A stretch of DNA of 64,000 bases from the human T2T-CHM13v2.0 reference genome, Homo sapiens, in NCBI RefSeq assembly GCF_009914755.1, contig NC_060927.1; one strand, written 5' to 3'. Shown here piece after piece: positions 51,687 to 64,000 of the stretch. The first letter of the stretch is position 1, and each line of letters opens with the position of its first letter. Under the pieces are notes generated by a model. It was not told where the DNA came from and did no database searches. It saw only the letters and a program-made list of their open reading frames with translations. The position numbers and the translations under genes were made by a program.

Positions 51687-53806
51687 TTAAGGAATTGATG
51701 GTTAATTTTACATTTCAATTCTACTGGGGCATGAGGTACCCAGACTTTTGGTGAAAGATTATTCTGAATATGTCTTTGAGGGTGTTTCTGAATGAGATTA
51801 ACATCTGAATCAGAAGACTGTGTAAAGGAGATGGCATGGTCTCTTTATGTGGACAGGTCTCATCTAATCAATTGTAGACATTAATAAAACAAAAACGCTG
51901 AGTAAGAGGGAACTTCCCCAGCCTGACTACTTGAGCAAGGACACAAGTCTTCTGCCCTCAGACTGGAACTTACACCATCAGCTTTCCTGGTTTTCAGGCC
52001 TTTGATCCCAGGCTGGGACCATGTCATCAGCTCTCCAGGGCCTACAGCTTGACAATTACAGGATTTGGGATGTCTCAGACTCTATAACCGCATGAGCCAA
52101 TTTCTTATAATCTCTGTGTGTGTGTACGTGTGTGTGTGTGTGTGTGTGTATAAATATAATATCAATAAAAAATAATAGAATATTAATGTTATCTTAGAAT
52201 ATTTTAACAGAACATATAGAGCATATATATATATTCTATTAATTTTGTTTCTTTGGAGAACTTTAATTAGTATAAATTTTGGTATCAAGAGCAGTTCTAG
52301 AGGTTAAAGTGAGGGTGTTGATTGGGAAGCAATGGGGTCCTGAAAGTGGAAAAAGAGATGTGTGTGAAGACTGTGATGAAGCTGGAGATCTTGAACCCCT
52401 AAATTCTGATGGGTCTTTTTTGTTAGTGGTAGAGACGCCCCTATTCCCAGTGTGAGTGACTTCTACAACCCCAGAGGAGCAGATTCTCCACTCCCAATGA
52501 CAGCAGTCTTTCCATCCCTAACTGTGGAATTAACTGTGCCTGAAGAAACTGTGTAATTATTTCCATTGAGATAGTTGCCATGAAAGACAATGCTGAGTCT
52601 TCTCTGGATCCACTCCCACTACCTTTCTTTGCTTCTATACACCTATCTAGATTCAAATCTAATTAGGCTCCCAAAGGTGAGGCACAAAGTGTGACCCATA
52701 AGGAATTTTGCTACACTCCAAAAAAAACTACTTTGTTTTCTAATTTATACAAATAGAAATTCAGGGAATATGTGTGCAAATAAAGATTAAGGATGTGGGA
52801 TAATAGTAGGAGGAACATAAAATTGGATCAGGTAAGTGTATTAATTTGGGTCCACCAAGCAGAGATTCTGAATTTAATGTTCCATCACAGGGAGTTAAAA
52901 AGAGCTCTAACAGTTTGGTTGTTTGGTTGGCTGAAATATGGACCAACAAGGAAGACTATAGGGAGCATATTGGAAATGTCAGCCCTGCCTTAGTGTAATG
53001 TAGAGGAAAGGATTCAAGGCTTGGGGATGTTGAAAAGTCAGAGTGGATTTTTCATTTAATGCATATTTACTTATACTGAAAGAGCTGTAAAGATATATCT
53101 TTCATCAATACTGTGAGAAATATATTTACACAGGGAGGTCTGGCATCCTTGAAGAGCTCAATAATGGCCCTTTTTTTAGGCCAGATCATACAGCTGCAAC
53201 TGCATTTACTGAATGCATAAACTTGAGTTCAATGGGAATAATTGGATCTTGGGATGGCCGGGGTCAAGTTGTGACACTCAACTACCAAAAGCAAGGTGGC
53301 TGTAATTACTGTAATGAGCAAAAGAGTCGAAGCAGCAATCAGAATACTCTGACTTGTGCAGACTTATGGAACTGACTCCTTGATCAGGGTTTCTGGAAAT
53401 AAAATAGATAAGAAGCCTACCAGATAATTACTTGGCCTATATAAGCAGAATAGTTGTAAGTCAAGTGAACAATAGTCTAACCTCAATAAAAACAACAACA
53501 ACAAAAAGCAAAACAAGAGTCATGACCCCTCAATCAATTCCTAGACTTGAAATAGTTTACAGACCTCAGAACATTTTGAATGAAAGGGTGGCCAGTTCCC
53601 CTTGAGGAAGGACCCAAGTACACTGCCAAAAAAGTATACTGGTAATCTTTCTTTCAGCTTTATCCAAAGGGACCTATGGTCTTTTAACAGGCATTTATGT
53701 CCATTGTCTGTTGCTTATAACAGAATACCTAAAACTAGTTAATTTATAAAGGAAATACATTTATTTTTAAAATTATAGATGCTGAGAAGTCTAAAGTCAA
53801 GGGGCC

Positions 53807-54246
53807 CGTATTAGTCAGGGTTCCCTTAAAGGGACAGAACTAATAGGATAGATACCTATATATATAAAGGGGAGTTTGTTATGTATTAACTTACATGATT
53901 ACAAGGTCCCGCAATAGGCTTTCTGCAAGCTGAGAAGCAAGGAGAGCCAGTCCGAGTTCCAAAACTGAAAAACTTGGAGTCCAGTGTTCGAGGGCAGGAA
54001 GCATGCAGCATAAGAGAAAGATGTAGGCTGGGAGACTAGGCTCGTCTCTCCTTTTCACGTTTTTCTGCCTGCTTTCTATTCACTGGCAGCTGATTAGATT
54101 GTGCCAAGATTAAGGGTGGATCTGCCTTCCCCAGCCCACTGACTCAAATGTTAATCTCTTTTGGCAACACCCTCACAAACACACTCAGGATTAATGCTTT
54201 GTATCCTACAATACAATCAAGTTAACACTCAGTATTAACCTTCACA
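53807..54246 (-). mobile_element. MLT2A1-like solo LTR
   Basis: gtattagtcagggttc..agggacagaactaatagga...gcaaggagagccagtccgagttccaaaactg...cactcagtattaaccttcaca. Confidence 0.88.
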
Positions 54247-54486
54247 TGGTCATATTTGGTGAGGAACTTCTTGCTGGTGGAGACCCTCGGCAGAGTCCCA
54301 AGGTGTCACAGGGCATCACATGGTGATGGGGCTGAGTGTGTTAGCTCAGTTTTCTTTTTTTCTTTTAATAAAACCACTAGTTTCACCTCCAAGATAACTC
54401 ACTAATCCATTAACCCAATAGTTCATTAATCTATGGATAGATCAATTCATTCATGAGAGCAAAGCCCTCATGACCCAATCACTTTT

Positions 54487-54860
<374 letters not shown>

Positions 54861-54910
54861 TAGTGTCACATTGGAAATTAAATTTCAATGAGTTTTGGAA
54901 AGGACAAATG

Positions 54911-57900
54911 TGGAATGAGGGCAACTATGGTGGGAAAGACAAAGTGGAAGCCACTAGAATTATCTGTATTAAAAAAAAAAGTAAGCAAAAACAATACCAC
55001 ATTGCTGGAAAGATTACAGAGATTAGTGTCATCATCAAAGACTTGACAGATGCAGGGATGGTGATTCCCAGCATAATTTCACTCAACTAAGGTATTTAGC
55101 CTACGCAGAAGATAGGGGGATCTTGGAGAATGATAGTGAATCATTGTAAGCTTAACCCATTCCTGGTGACTTTAATTGTAACTAGTGTACTATATGTGGT
55201 TTTATTGCTTGAACAAATTAAAACATTCTCTGGTACCTGATATACAGCTATTGATCTGACAAATATTATTTTTTTCTTTCTCTGTGCATAAGCAACACCA
55301 GAAGCAGTTTGCTTTCAGCTGTCAGAGCCAGCAATACATTTTCGTTTCTTTGCCTCAGGGATATATCAACTTTCCAGTCCTGTGTCATCACTTAGTTTGC
55401 AAGGACCTTGATCACCTTACCTTTCCACAAGATATTATACTGGCCCATTATATTAATGACATTATGCTGATTTGTCTTAGCAAGAAGTGGCAATGATTAA
55501 ACTTATTGGTAAGACATTAACATATCATTGGGTGGAAAATAAATCGGAAAAGTATTTAGGGTCTTTTACCTCACTGACATTTCTAAGGTTCCATTGGTAT
55601 AGAGAATGCTAAGATACCCTTCCACGGTGAAGAATGTATCTGTATCTGGCCCATCCCATGATAAAAAATGAGTCACAATGCCACGTGGCCCTATTTGGAT
55701 TTTGGTGGCAATATCTTGGTACTTTACTTCAGCTCATTTGCTGAGTGACTCAAAAGGTGCTAATTTTGAGTGAGGTTTTGAGCAAGATAAAGCTTTACAA
55801 CAATTCCAGGCTGCTGTGCAAGCTGCCCTGCCACTTGGGCCATGTGACCCTGTAGATCCAATGCTGCTTGAAGTTCCAGTCACAGATATGGATGCTATTT
55901 GGAGCCAAGCCTCACCATTCTCTGCAGAAAACTACTCTTTTGAGAAACAGCTTATTACCTGCTAGTAAGGTTTGGTAAAAAGTAAATGCTTAAAGATGGG
56001 TCACCAAGTTACTATGAGACCTGAGTTTCCCATTATAAACTAGGTGTTATCTGACCCACTGTGATGGTTAATTTTAGGTGCTAACTTGACTGGATTAAAG
56101 AATATCTAGAGAACTGGTAAACATTACTTTCATTGTGTCTATGAGGGACTTTCCAGAGAAGATTGGCAGGTGTCAGTAGACTGAAAGGAGAAGATCTGCC
56201 TTCAATTCAGGCAGGTACCATCCAAACAGCTGGGGGCCCAGTTAGAACAAAAAGAAAGGAGAGAAAAGGATTTCCTCTCTGTCAATTCTGGAGCTGGGCA
56301 CTCTCCCCATCCTCCTGTCCTTGGAAATTAAAAATTTAGGCTCTCCCATCTTGGAACTTCTGGACTTACACCAGTTCTCTCCCCCTGGATTATCAGATAT
56401 CTGGCTTCAAACTGAGAATTACATCATTAACTTTCATCCTTTGAGGCTTTTATACTTAAACTGAGCCACACTACTAGCATCCCAGGGTCTCCAGCTTATA
56501 GAAAGCCTGTCATGGTGGGACTTCTCTGCCAGCCTTCTAGCAGCATGGGACTTCTGTTAGCCAGCATAATTGCATGAGCCAATTGCACTAATAAATCATC
56601 TTTCACGTATGTTTGTATGTATGTATGTATATATGTATGTATGTGTGTATCTACCATCTATCTATCATCTATATACATATCTCTCCAGCTATCTATCTTA
56701 TTGGTTCTGTCTCACTGGAGAGCCCTAAGACCTAAGCCATAAAGTTGAGCGTGCATGTCAGGACTCCATCATGAAATAGAAGGCATATATACATGATCAG
56801 GCCCAAAGAAATCCTGAAGGCTCAAATAAGTTACAGGAAGTTGCCCAAATGTCCATGGTTCCCACTTCTGCTACATTGTCTTCTCTCTCCCAGCGTGAAC
56901 CTATGGGCTCATGAGAAGTTCTTTATGATCAGCTGAAAGAGGAAGAAAAGACTCAGGCCTGGTTTACAGATGGGTCAGTATTACAGACAGACATTACCGA
57001 AAAGTGGACATCTGCTGTACTATAGCTTCCTTCTGGGACATCCCTAAAGGACAGTGGAGATAAGAAATCCTCCTAGTGGGCATAACCATGAGCAGAGCAC
57101 CTGGTTGTTCACTTTGCTTGAAATGAGCATTAGCCAGACATGCAATTATATAATGATTCATGGGCTGTGGTTGATAATTTGGCTGGATGGCCAGAGGTTT
57201 GAAAGGAACATTATTGGAAAATTTATGATAATTTACTCAATTCCTGGAGGAAAAGATATGTGGACAGACCTTTCTAAATGGGCAAAACAATGTGAAGATA
57301 TATGCATCTCATGTGAATGCTCACCAAAATTCTCCAGACTAGTATTTTAATAATCAAGTGGATAGAATGAACCATTGTGTGGATACCAGTTAGCCTCTTT
57401 CCCTAGCCACCCCTATTATCACCCATTGGGCTCATAAAAAAAGTGGACATGGTAGCACAGATGAAGGTTATTTATAAGCTCAGCAACATGGACCTCTATT
57501 TACTAAGGTATACCTAGCTATAGCAACAGCTGAGTGTTCATTCTGTCAGGAGCAGAGACATGCAGCACTGAGTTCCTGTTACTTGGGGTAATAAGCCAAC
57601 TACTTGGCTTATTTAATTACATTGGACTGCTTCTATCATGGAAGGGGCAGTGCTTTATTTTTACTGGAATAGACACCCTGAATACAAGATTACCCTCTAT
57701 ATATGCAATGGTGCTGTCAAAAATACCTATATACTTACAGAATGCATCATCCACCATCATGATATTCCACACAGTGTTTCTTCTGATCAATGGAACTCAC
57801 TTCACTGGAAATGAAGTGTAGCAGTAGACTAATGTACAGATAATTAACTGATCTTACCATGTTTCTCACCATTCATAAAAAGTTGGCTTGATAGTATAGT

Positions 57901-58060
57901 GGAATGTCCTCTTGAATGCTCAGTTACATTGCAAGCTACATGGAAATACCTTTCAGAGCTGGAACAACATTCTTCAGAAAGCTGCATATGTTCTAATCAG
58001 TACTAATATATGGTACTGTTTGTCCAATAGCCAGGATTCATGGGTTCAGGAATCAAGGGG
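54911..58060 (+). pseudogene. pol: ERV-L pol remnant (RT, RNase H, integrase), many stops and frameshifts
   Basis: ORF 55284-55496 reads QKQFAFS..QQYIF..LPQGYIN...HYINDIML (RT LPQG and YxDD motifs). RNase H-like gcctggtttacagatgggtca (AWFTDGS) at ~56957 and integrase-like tctgatcaatggaactcacttcac at ~57782. Confidence 0.88.
56060..56730 (+). mobile_element. MLT2B-like solo LTR inserted in ERV-L pol
   Basis: tgtgatggttaattttaggtg..aacttgactggattaa...ttggttctgtctcactggagagccctaa; pol sequence continues on both sides. Confidence 0.85.
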
Positions 58061-58169
58061 TGAAAATGGGAGTGGCAACACTGACTATTATCCCTAGTGA
58101 CCTACTATCAAAATTTTTACTTCTGGTTTTCATGAACTTAGGTTCTACTGGCATAGAGGTCTTAGGAAG

Positions 58170-58449
58170 TTCTAAAGGAAGAACTGTTACCACCTGGAGA
58201 AACAATAATGATTCATTTCAACTGGACATTAAGACTACTCCTGGCCACTTTGGAGTCCTCATGACTCTAAATCAACAAGTAAAGAAAGGAGTAACTGTGC
58301 TGGCTGCAGTGATTGATCTTGACTACCGCGGGAAAATTGGACTACTATTCTGCAGTGGAAGGAAATACAACAATGTCTGGAATACAAGAGATCCTTTAGG
58401 GCATCTCTCAGTATTACAAAGACTTGTGATTAAGGTCAATGGCAAATGA
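58170..58449 (+). pseudogene. ERV-L dUTPase remnant
   Basis: PGHFGVLM...KKGVTVLAAVIDLDYRGKIGLL contains dUTPase motif 3 (GVIDxDYRGEI). A post-pol dUTPase is the ERV-L hallmark. Confidence 0.85.
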
Positions 58450-58539
58450 CAACAACCCAATCCAATACCAGTACCAGGTAGTGGCACTAATAGCTCAGAC
58501 CCTTCATGTCTGAAGATTTGGGTCAGCCAAACAGATAAA

Positions 58540-58570
58540 ACACACACACACACACATACACACACACACA
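58540..58570. repeat. (CA)n microsatellite
   Basis: Direct reading. Confidence 0.9.
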
Positions 58571-58717
58571 ACCAACTAACATTCTTGGTAAAGGCAAAGG
58601 GAATACAGAATGAACAGTGGGAAAATGTCATTATAAATACTAGCTGTGACCATGTAGCCACTTACAGAAACATGAATGATAACTACCAAGAATGTTTCGT
58701 AATTGTTTTGTGATGGA

Positions 58718-58719
<2 letters not shown>

Positions 58720-58758
<39 letters not shown>
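58720..58758. repeat. (TG)n microsatellite, uninterrupted
   Basis: Direct reading. Confidence 0.95.
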
Positions 58759-58761
<3 letters not shown>

Positions 58762-59509
58762 ATCTTTGGGATCTTTTCTCTCTTTTCTTACCATATAACA
58801 TAATGTGTATTTGCTTTATATCATAATTACTTTACATTATAATATTTAAGTTATGGGTCATCAAAGAGAAGAACAGAAAAGTAAACATCATTCAGGACTT
58901 TACTTCCTCTTCTGGGGAAAGGGTGAGTGTGCTTTGGGTCATGCACAGAATAGTTGCATAATACTTAGTGAAATTATGACCTCGCTATTGTCTTTACTTG
59001 TAGACTAACTATGGTTGAAGGAGATGTGTATGAGTGCCAAATTAACATGGTGATTATTAACTTGTGATTATCAATTTTATTTATCAATTTGACTGTGCTA
59101 TGTGGTATTCAAACATTTAGTCAAACACTATTCTCAATACATCTGAGAGGGTGTTCTGCATGAGATTAATATTTGAATTGGTAGATATAGTAAAGCAGAT
59201 TGCCCTCCCTAATGTAAGTGGGCCTCATCTAATCAGTTCAAGACCTGAATGTTTTTAAAAGACTGAGGAAGAGGGAACTTCTTTAGCCTAACTGTTAGAA
59301 GTAGGATATGATTCTTCTCCTGCCCTCAAGCTTGAACATACACTATTGGGTGTCCGGATTCTCAGGCCCTTGGACTCATAAAAACTACATATCTCCTCTC
59401 CTGCATTTCCAGCTTGCCAACTGAAGATCATGAGAATGTTCAGCCTGTATAATTGTATGAGCAAATTCCTTATATCTCAGTCTTTCTCTGTCTCTCTCTG
59501 TCACACATA

Positions 59510-59516
59510 TGTGTGC

Positions 59517-59548
<32 letters not shown>
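59510..59548. repeat. (TG)n microsatellite in the 3' LTR (counterpart at 52115-52149 in the 5' LTR)
   Basis: Direct reading. Confidence 0.9.
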
Positions 59549-59550
<2 letters not shown>

Positions 59551-60354
59551 ACTTATGTATCTTATTAGTTTTGTTTCTCTGGAAAACTTTGACTAATAAA
59601 TTAGTACCTGATCAGTGTAGTGAATAAGCGTCTGGCTTTCATATATGTGACTGTTTTAGTTACATCTATTTCAGAATAATTTATTTTTATACTTGTTCAT
59701 TATTTTGGCTGCTGTCATTCATGTACAGGAAATTAGCTCTAATTAATGTGGTATTTCATATTCCTACGCTAAGAAGAGTTATTTTCATGTTTTAAAACTG
59801 TGTGTCATTTCTGTTAAATTAAAAAAAAATCTCATTTTTATCTGTATTGATAAGCAGCCTTGAGGGAAACTAAGAAGGTTATATCTAAATATCACCACAA
59901 ATTGCAAACATTTTTTCCATTTAACTGTTTGTAGTTGATTTAAAAATAACTATAGTTGGTTTTGGTTGCTGTTTTCAAAATGTAAAAAATCAGTACAACA
60001 TTGAATATGCTCTTTGAAGCAAATATGTCCTATCTGGGCTTCCAGGTCTCCCATGTCACTTACCAAATGCTAATCACTGGGGTAGAATATCTCAACAGAT
60101 GTAATATAGGCATTCACTGAAGTTAAATACTTCCAATTTATCTTCATTTTATTTTGTGTGCTCATAATACCCACAATTACCTGAGAGGAAACCAAATTTT
60201 CTGTGAGAAATTTCTGTTTTTCTATCCTTTTCTGGGGAGTGTATGCCATGATAGAAGAAAATATATTGTACCAAATCATTTATTGGGGCATTTCTTTAAT
60301 ACACATGCATAGAGTGCACAGTATGTACTAGGCATTGTTCTAGATGTGGGGACA

Positions 60355-63238
60355 TAGTCAGTTCTTCTATTATGCTCATTTTGAAACTGAATTTCTTTTT
60401 CTGTATTAGAGAACAATTTGAGCATTATGTCAACTTTGTACTTGCTTATGCATGGTTTTGCTGGTGAGAAATATTTGGTAAATACAAAAACTGCTCTCAG
60501 CTAAACTAAGCTTTGTAGAAAAATATGCAAGTAGGCATTAAACATACATTCCTTCACAAATGTTCATGCATACCTCAAACATATACCAGCTACCTCAGGT
60601 CATGTATTAGTCTGTTTTCATGCTGTTGATAGAGACATACAAAAGACTAGGGCAATTTACAAAAGAAAGAGGTTTAATGGACTTAGAGTTCCACATGGCT
60701 GGAGTGGCCTCACAATGATGGCAGAAGGCAAGGAGGATCAAGTCACATCTTACATGGATGGCAGCAGGCAAAGAGAGAGTGCTTGTACAGAAAAACTCCC
60801 ATTTTTAAAACCATCAGATCTTATGAGACCCAATTACTATCATGAAAACAGCACAAGAAAAACCTGCCCCATGATTCAATTACCTCTCACTGGGTCCCTC
60901 CCACAACACATGGGAACACAAAATGAGATTTGGGTAAAGACACAGCCAAAAAATATCATTCCGCCTCTGGCCCTTCACAAATCTCATGTCCTCACATTTC
61001 AAAACTAATCATGCCTTCCCAACAGTCCCCCAAAGTCCTAACTCATTTCAGCATTAACTCAAAAGTCCGCAAACCAAAGTCTCATCTGAGAGAAGCCAAG
61101 TCCCTTCTGCCTATGAGCTTGTAAAATCAAAAGCAAGTTAGTTACTTCCTAGATGCAATGGGAGTAAAGGTATTGGGTAAACACAGTTGTTCCAAAGGAG
61201 AGAAATTGGCCAAAACGAAGGGGCCACAGGCCCCATGCAAGTCTGAAGTCCAGCAGGGTAGTCAAATCTTAAAGCTCCAACGTGATCTCCTTTGACTCTA
61301 GGTCTCACATCCAGGTCACTCTGATGGAACAGATGGGTTCCCATGGTCGTGAGGCAGCTCTGCCCCAGTGGCTTTGGAGGGTACAGCCTCCTTCCAAGCT
61401 GCTTTCATGGGCTAGCATTGTGTCTGTGGCTTTTCCAGGTGCATGGTGCAAGCTGTCAGGGGACCTACAATTCTGAGTTCTGGAGGACGGTGGCCCTCTT
61501 CTCACAACTCCACCAGGCAGTACCCCAGTAGGGACTCTGTGTGGGGCTTCCAACCCCACGTTTCCCTTCCACACTGCCCTAGCAGAGGTTCTCCATGAGA
61601 GCCCCACCCCTGCAGCAAACTTCTGCCTGGACATCCAGGAATTTCCACACATCCTGTGAAATCTAGGCAGAGATTCCCAAACCTCAATTCTTGACTTCTG
61701 TGCACCCATAGGCTCAACACCACATGGAAGCTGCCAAGGCCTAGGGCTTCCACCTTCTGAAGCCATGAGCCGAGCTATACCTTGGCCCCTTTTAGTCAAG
61801 GCTGGAGCAGCTGGGCACAGGGCACCAAGTTCCTAGACTGCACACAGCATGGGGACCCTAGGACCACCCCTCAAAACCATTTTTTCCTCCTAGACCTCTG
61901 GGCCTATTAAGGGAGGGACTGCCATGAATACCTCTGACATGCCCTGCAGATATTTTTCCCATTGCCTTGGGGATTAAAATTGGGCTGCTTGTTACTTATG
62001 CAAATTTCTGCAGCCAGATTGAATTTCTGCAGCCAGATTGAATTTCTCCTCAGAAAATGGAATTTTCTTTTCTATTGCATTGTCAGTGTGCAAATTTTCC
62101 AAACTTTTATGCTGGTTCCCTTTTAAAACTGAATGGCATTACCACACCCAAGTCACCTCTTGAATACTTTGCTGCTTAGAAATTTCTTCTACCAGATACC
62201 CTAAATCATATCTCTCAAGTTCAAAATTTTACAAATCTCTATGGCAGGGGCAAAATGCCACCAATATCTTTGCTAAGACATAACAAGAGTCAACTTTGCT
62301 CCAGTTCCCAAAAAGTTTCTCATCTCCATCTGAGACCACCTCAGCCTAGAACTTACTGTTTATATAACTATCATCATTTTTGTCAAAGCCATTCAACACA
62401 TCTCTAGGAAGTTCCAAACTTTCCCACATTTTCCTGTCTTCTTCTGAGCCCCCCAACTGTTCCAACCTTTGCCTGTTACCCAGTTCCAAAGTTGCTTCCA
62501 CATTTTTGTGTACCTTTTCAGCAGCACCCCACTCGTGGTACCAATTTACTGTATTAGTTTATTTTCTGTTGCTGATAAAGACATACCTGAGACTGGGCAA
62601 TTTACAAAAAAAAAAAAAAAAAGGTTTAATGGACTTACAGTTCCACATGGCTGGAGAGGCCTCACAATCATTGTGGAAGGCAAGGAGGAGCAAGTCGTGT
62701 CTTACATGTATGCAAAGAGAGAGAGATTGTGCAGAAAACCTCTCACTTTTAGAACCATCAGATCTCATGAGACCCATTCACTATCACAGGAACAGGATGG
62801 GAAAGACCTGCCCCTATGATTTCATTACTTACCACCGGGTCCCTCCCAAACACGTAGGAATTCTAAATGAGATTTGGGTGAGGACACAGCCAAACCATAT
62901 CAGACACCAAGTGTGTTATGAGCCACACTCATCTACATCTGATGTTACAACTTGCCATCACAATAATGCATCTCCTGCAATCCTTCTAAAGCTGACTTAC
63001 ACAAGCAAACATTAGTTCTCTTCAAGGTAATGTGCCATATTTGTTGTTGTTTATATATTTCTTAGCCATTTAACATGTATAAATATGTAGGTTTTAAAAA
63101 ACACATCACTGACACAGATTTTGAGTGTTATGTCCCTAACCCCATTTTCCCCACACACTCTGTGATTTTTATTGTACAATTTAGCATAGTGGGGTAACTT
63201 TTAAGAATAAATATGCCATATTATAGCAGAAATGGCTG
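60355..63238 (+). mobile_element. Tigger8-like DNA transposon (60355-60602 and 62903-63238), split by THE1 and itself inside an L2 remnant
   Basis: Imperfect TIRs tagtcagttcttctatta / ttatagcagaaatggctg. L2 motifs (tatgtactaggcattgttctag; tgcccttatggaacttatattcta) flank it. Confidence 0.6.
60603..62902 (-). mobile_element. Full-length THE1A/B provirus: 3' LTR 60603-60958, internal 60959-62549, 5' LTR 62550-62902
   Basis: Two LTRs tgtattagt...atatca and the ggtaccaatttac junction; reverse-complement homolog of 26630-28930. Confidence 0.95.
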
Positions 63239-64000
63239 TACATTAGTAAGCAAAAAAAAAAATTTGCCCTTATGGAACTTATATTCTAACAGGAGGGAGA
63301 GAGAAAATAAAGACTATATAACTGTAAATTATATAGTATCTCAAAAGCTGAGAAATGCTCTGAAGGACAATAACAAAGGAGAAAGTAAAATAGTAAGGGA
63401 GAAAGAAATCACTAGAGGTGAAATTTGCAGCAATTTAAACATAGGGTGATAAGTCTTGGACTCACTGAGCAGGTAATACATAAAAATTTGAAAAAGATAA
63501 GATTTTACAAAAGTATGCTTTTTCAAAATTTAAACATGACTTCATACAAATAGAAAATGTGCCTGTACCAATAATTTTATTTTAATCATTACTAGAATAA
63601 TCAATAAGGTGAGTGCATGAAAGATCATTTTAGGAGCTTAAAATTACATACACGATGTAGTAAATAATGTCAGAATAAGTTTGCAAGGTTAGATACAAAA
63701 CTGTTTAATATTTTCTCCACTATAAACCATAATCTGCAAGGCTTTCTTTTCTATTGAAAAGAAATTATGTGCACCAATTAGTGGTCAAAATATGCAAGTC
63801 AATATGTAACACTGCTAAATCTGTCACCTTTATTAGTCCATAGTCAATAATCAATAACACACATTGACTCAAACAAATTGCATTCCTCTGAATAATCATT
63901 GGGTTCACCTGTTATACATTGCCCCCAGATAACATTGAAAGTATATATATATTGTACTTTGTTTTTCCTTATTCTACGTTTTAGATAGCTTTTCCTAAGA

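Noticed and set aside
58540-58758. (CA)n followed by (TG)n as an inverted pair
   Set aside because: Complementarity is limited to simple repeats and the flanks are not mirrored; likely independent microsatellites.
62380-63015. 211-aa ORF
   Set aside because: It runs antisense through THE1 internal sequence, the LTR and into the Tigger relic; a chance open frame with a non-ATG start.

Overview
AT-rich, CpG-depleted primate genomic DNA, almost certainly human because it carries two AluYa5 copies with all five diagnostic changes. It looks like gene-desert or deep-intronic sequence. I can support no host protein-coding exon, RNA gene or CpG island; the ORF track consists of chance ORFs or transposon relics. 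The window is dominated by transposable elements: two complete THE1 proviruses, one MSTB provirus cut by the window edge, many solo MaLR/ERV LTRs, a ~7.9 kb degenerate ERV-L provirus with four younger elements nested in it, L1s of several ages, Alus, Tigger/hAT DNA transposon relics and L2/MIR fragments. I found no credible previously undescribed gene system. The most unusual signals are mutational footprints: three perfect palindromes or inverted duplications (21.8, 36.5 and 42.3 kb) that look like template-switch products, a 262-bp foreign templated insertion inside the MST provirus, two twin-primed (5'-inverted) L1 insertions and two probable L1 3' transductions. Subfamily names come from recalled consensus sequences, and boundaries of old elements are approximate; both need RepeatMasker/Dfam confirmation.
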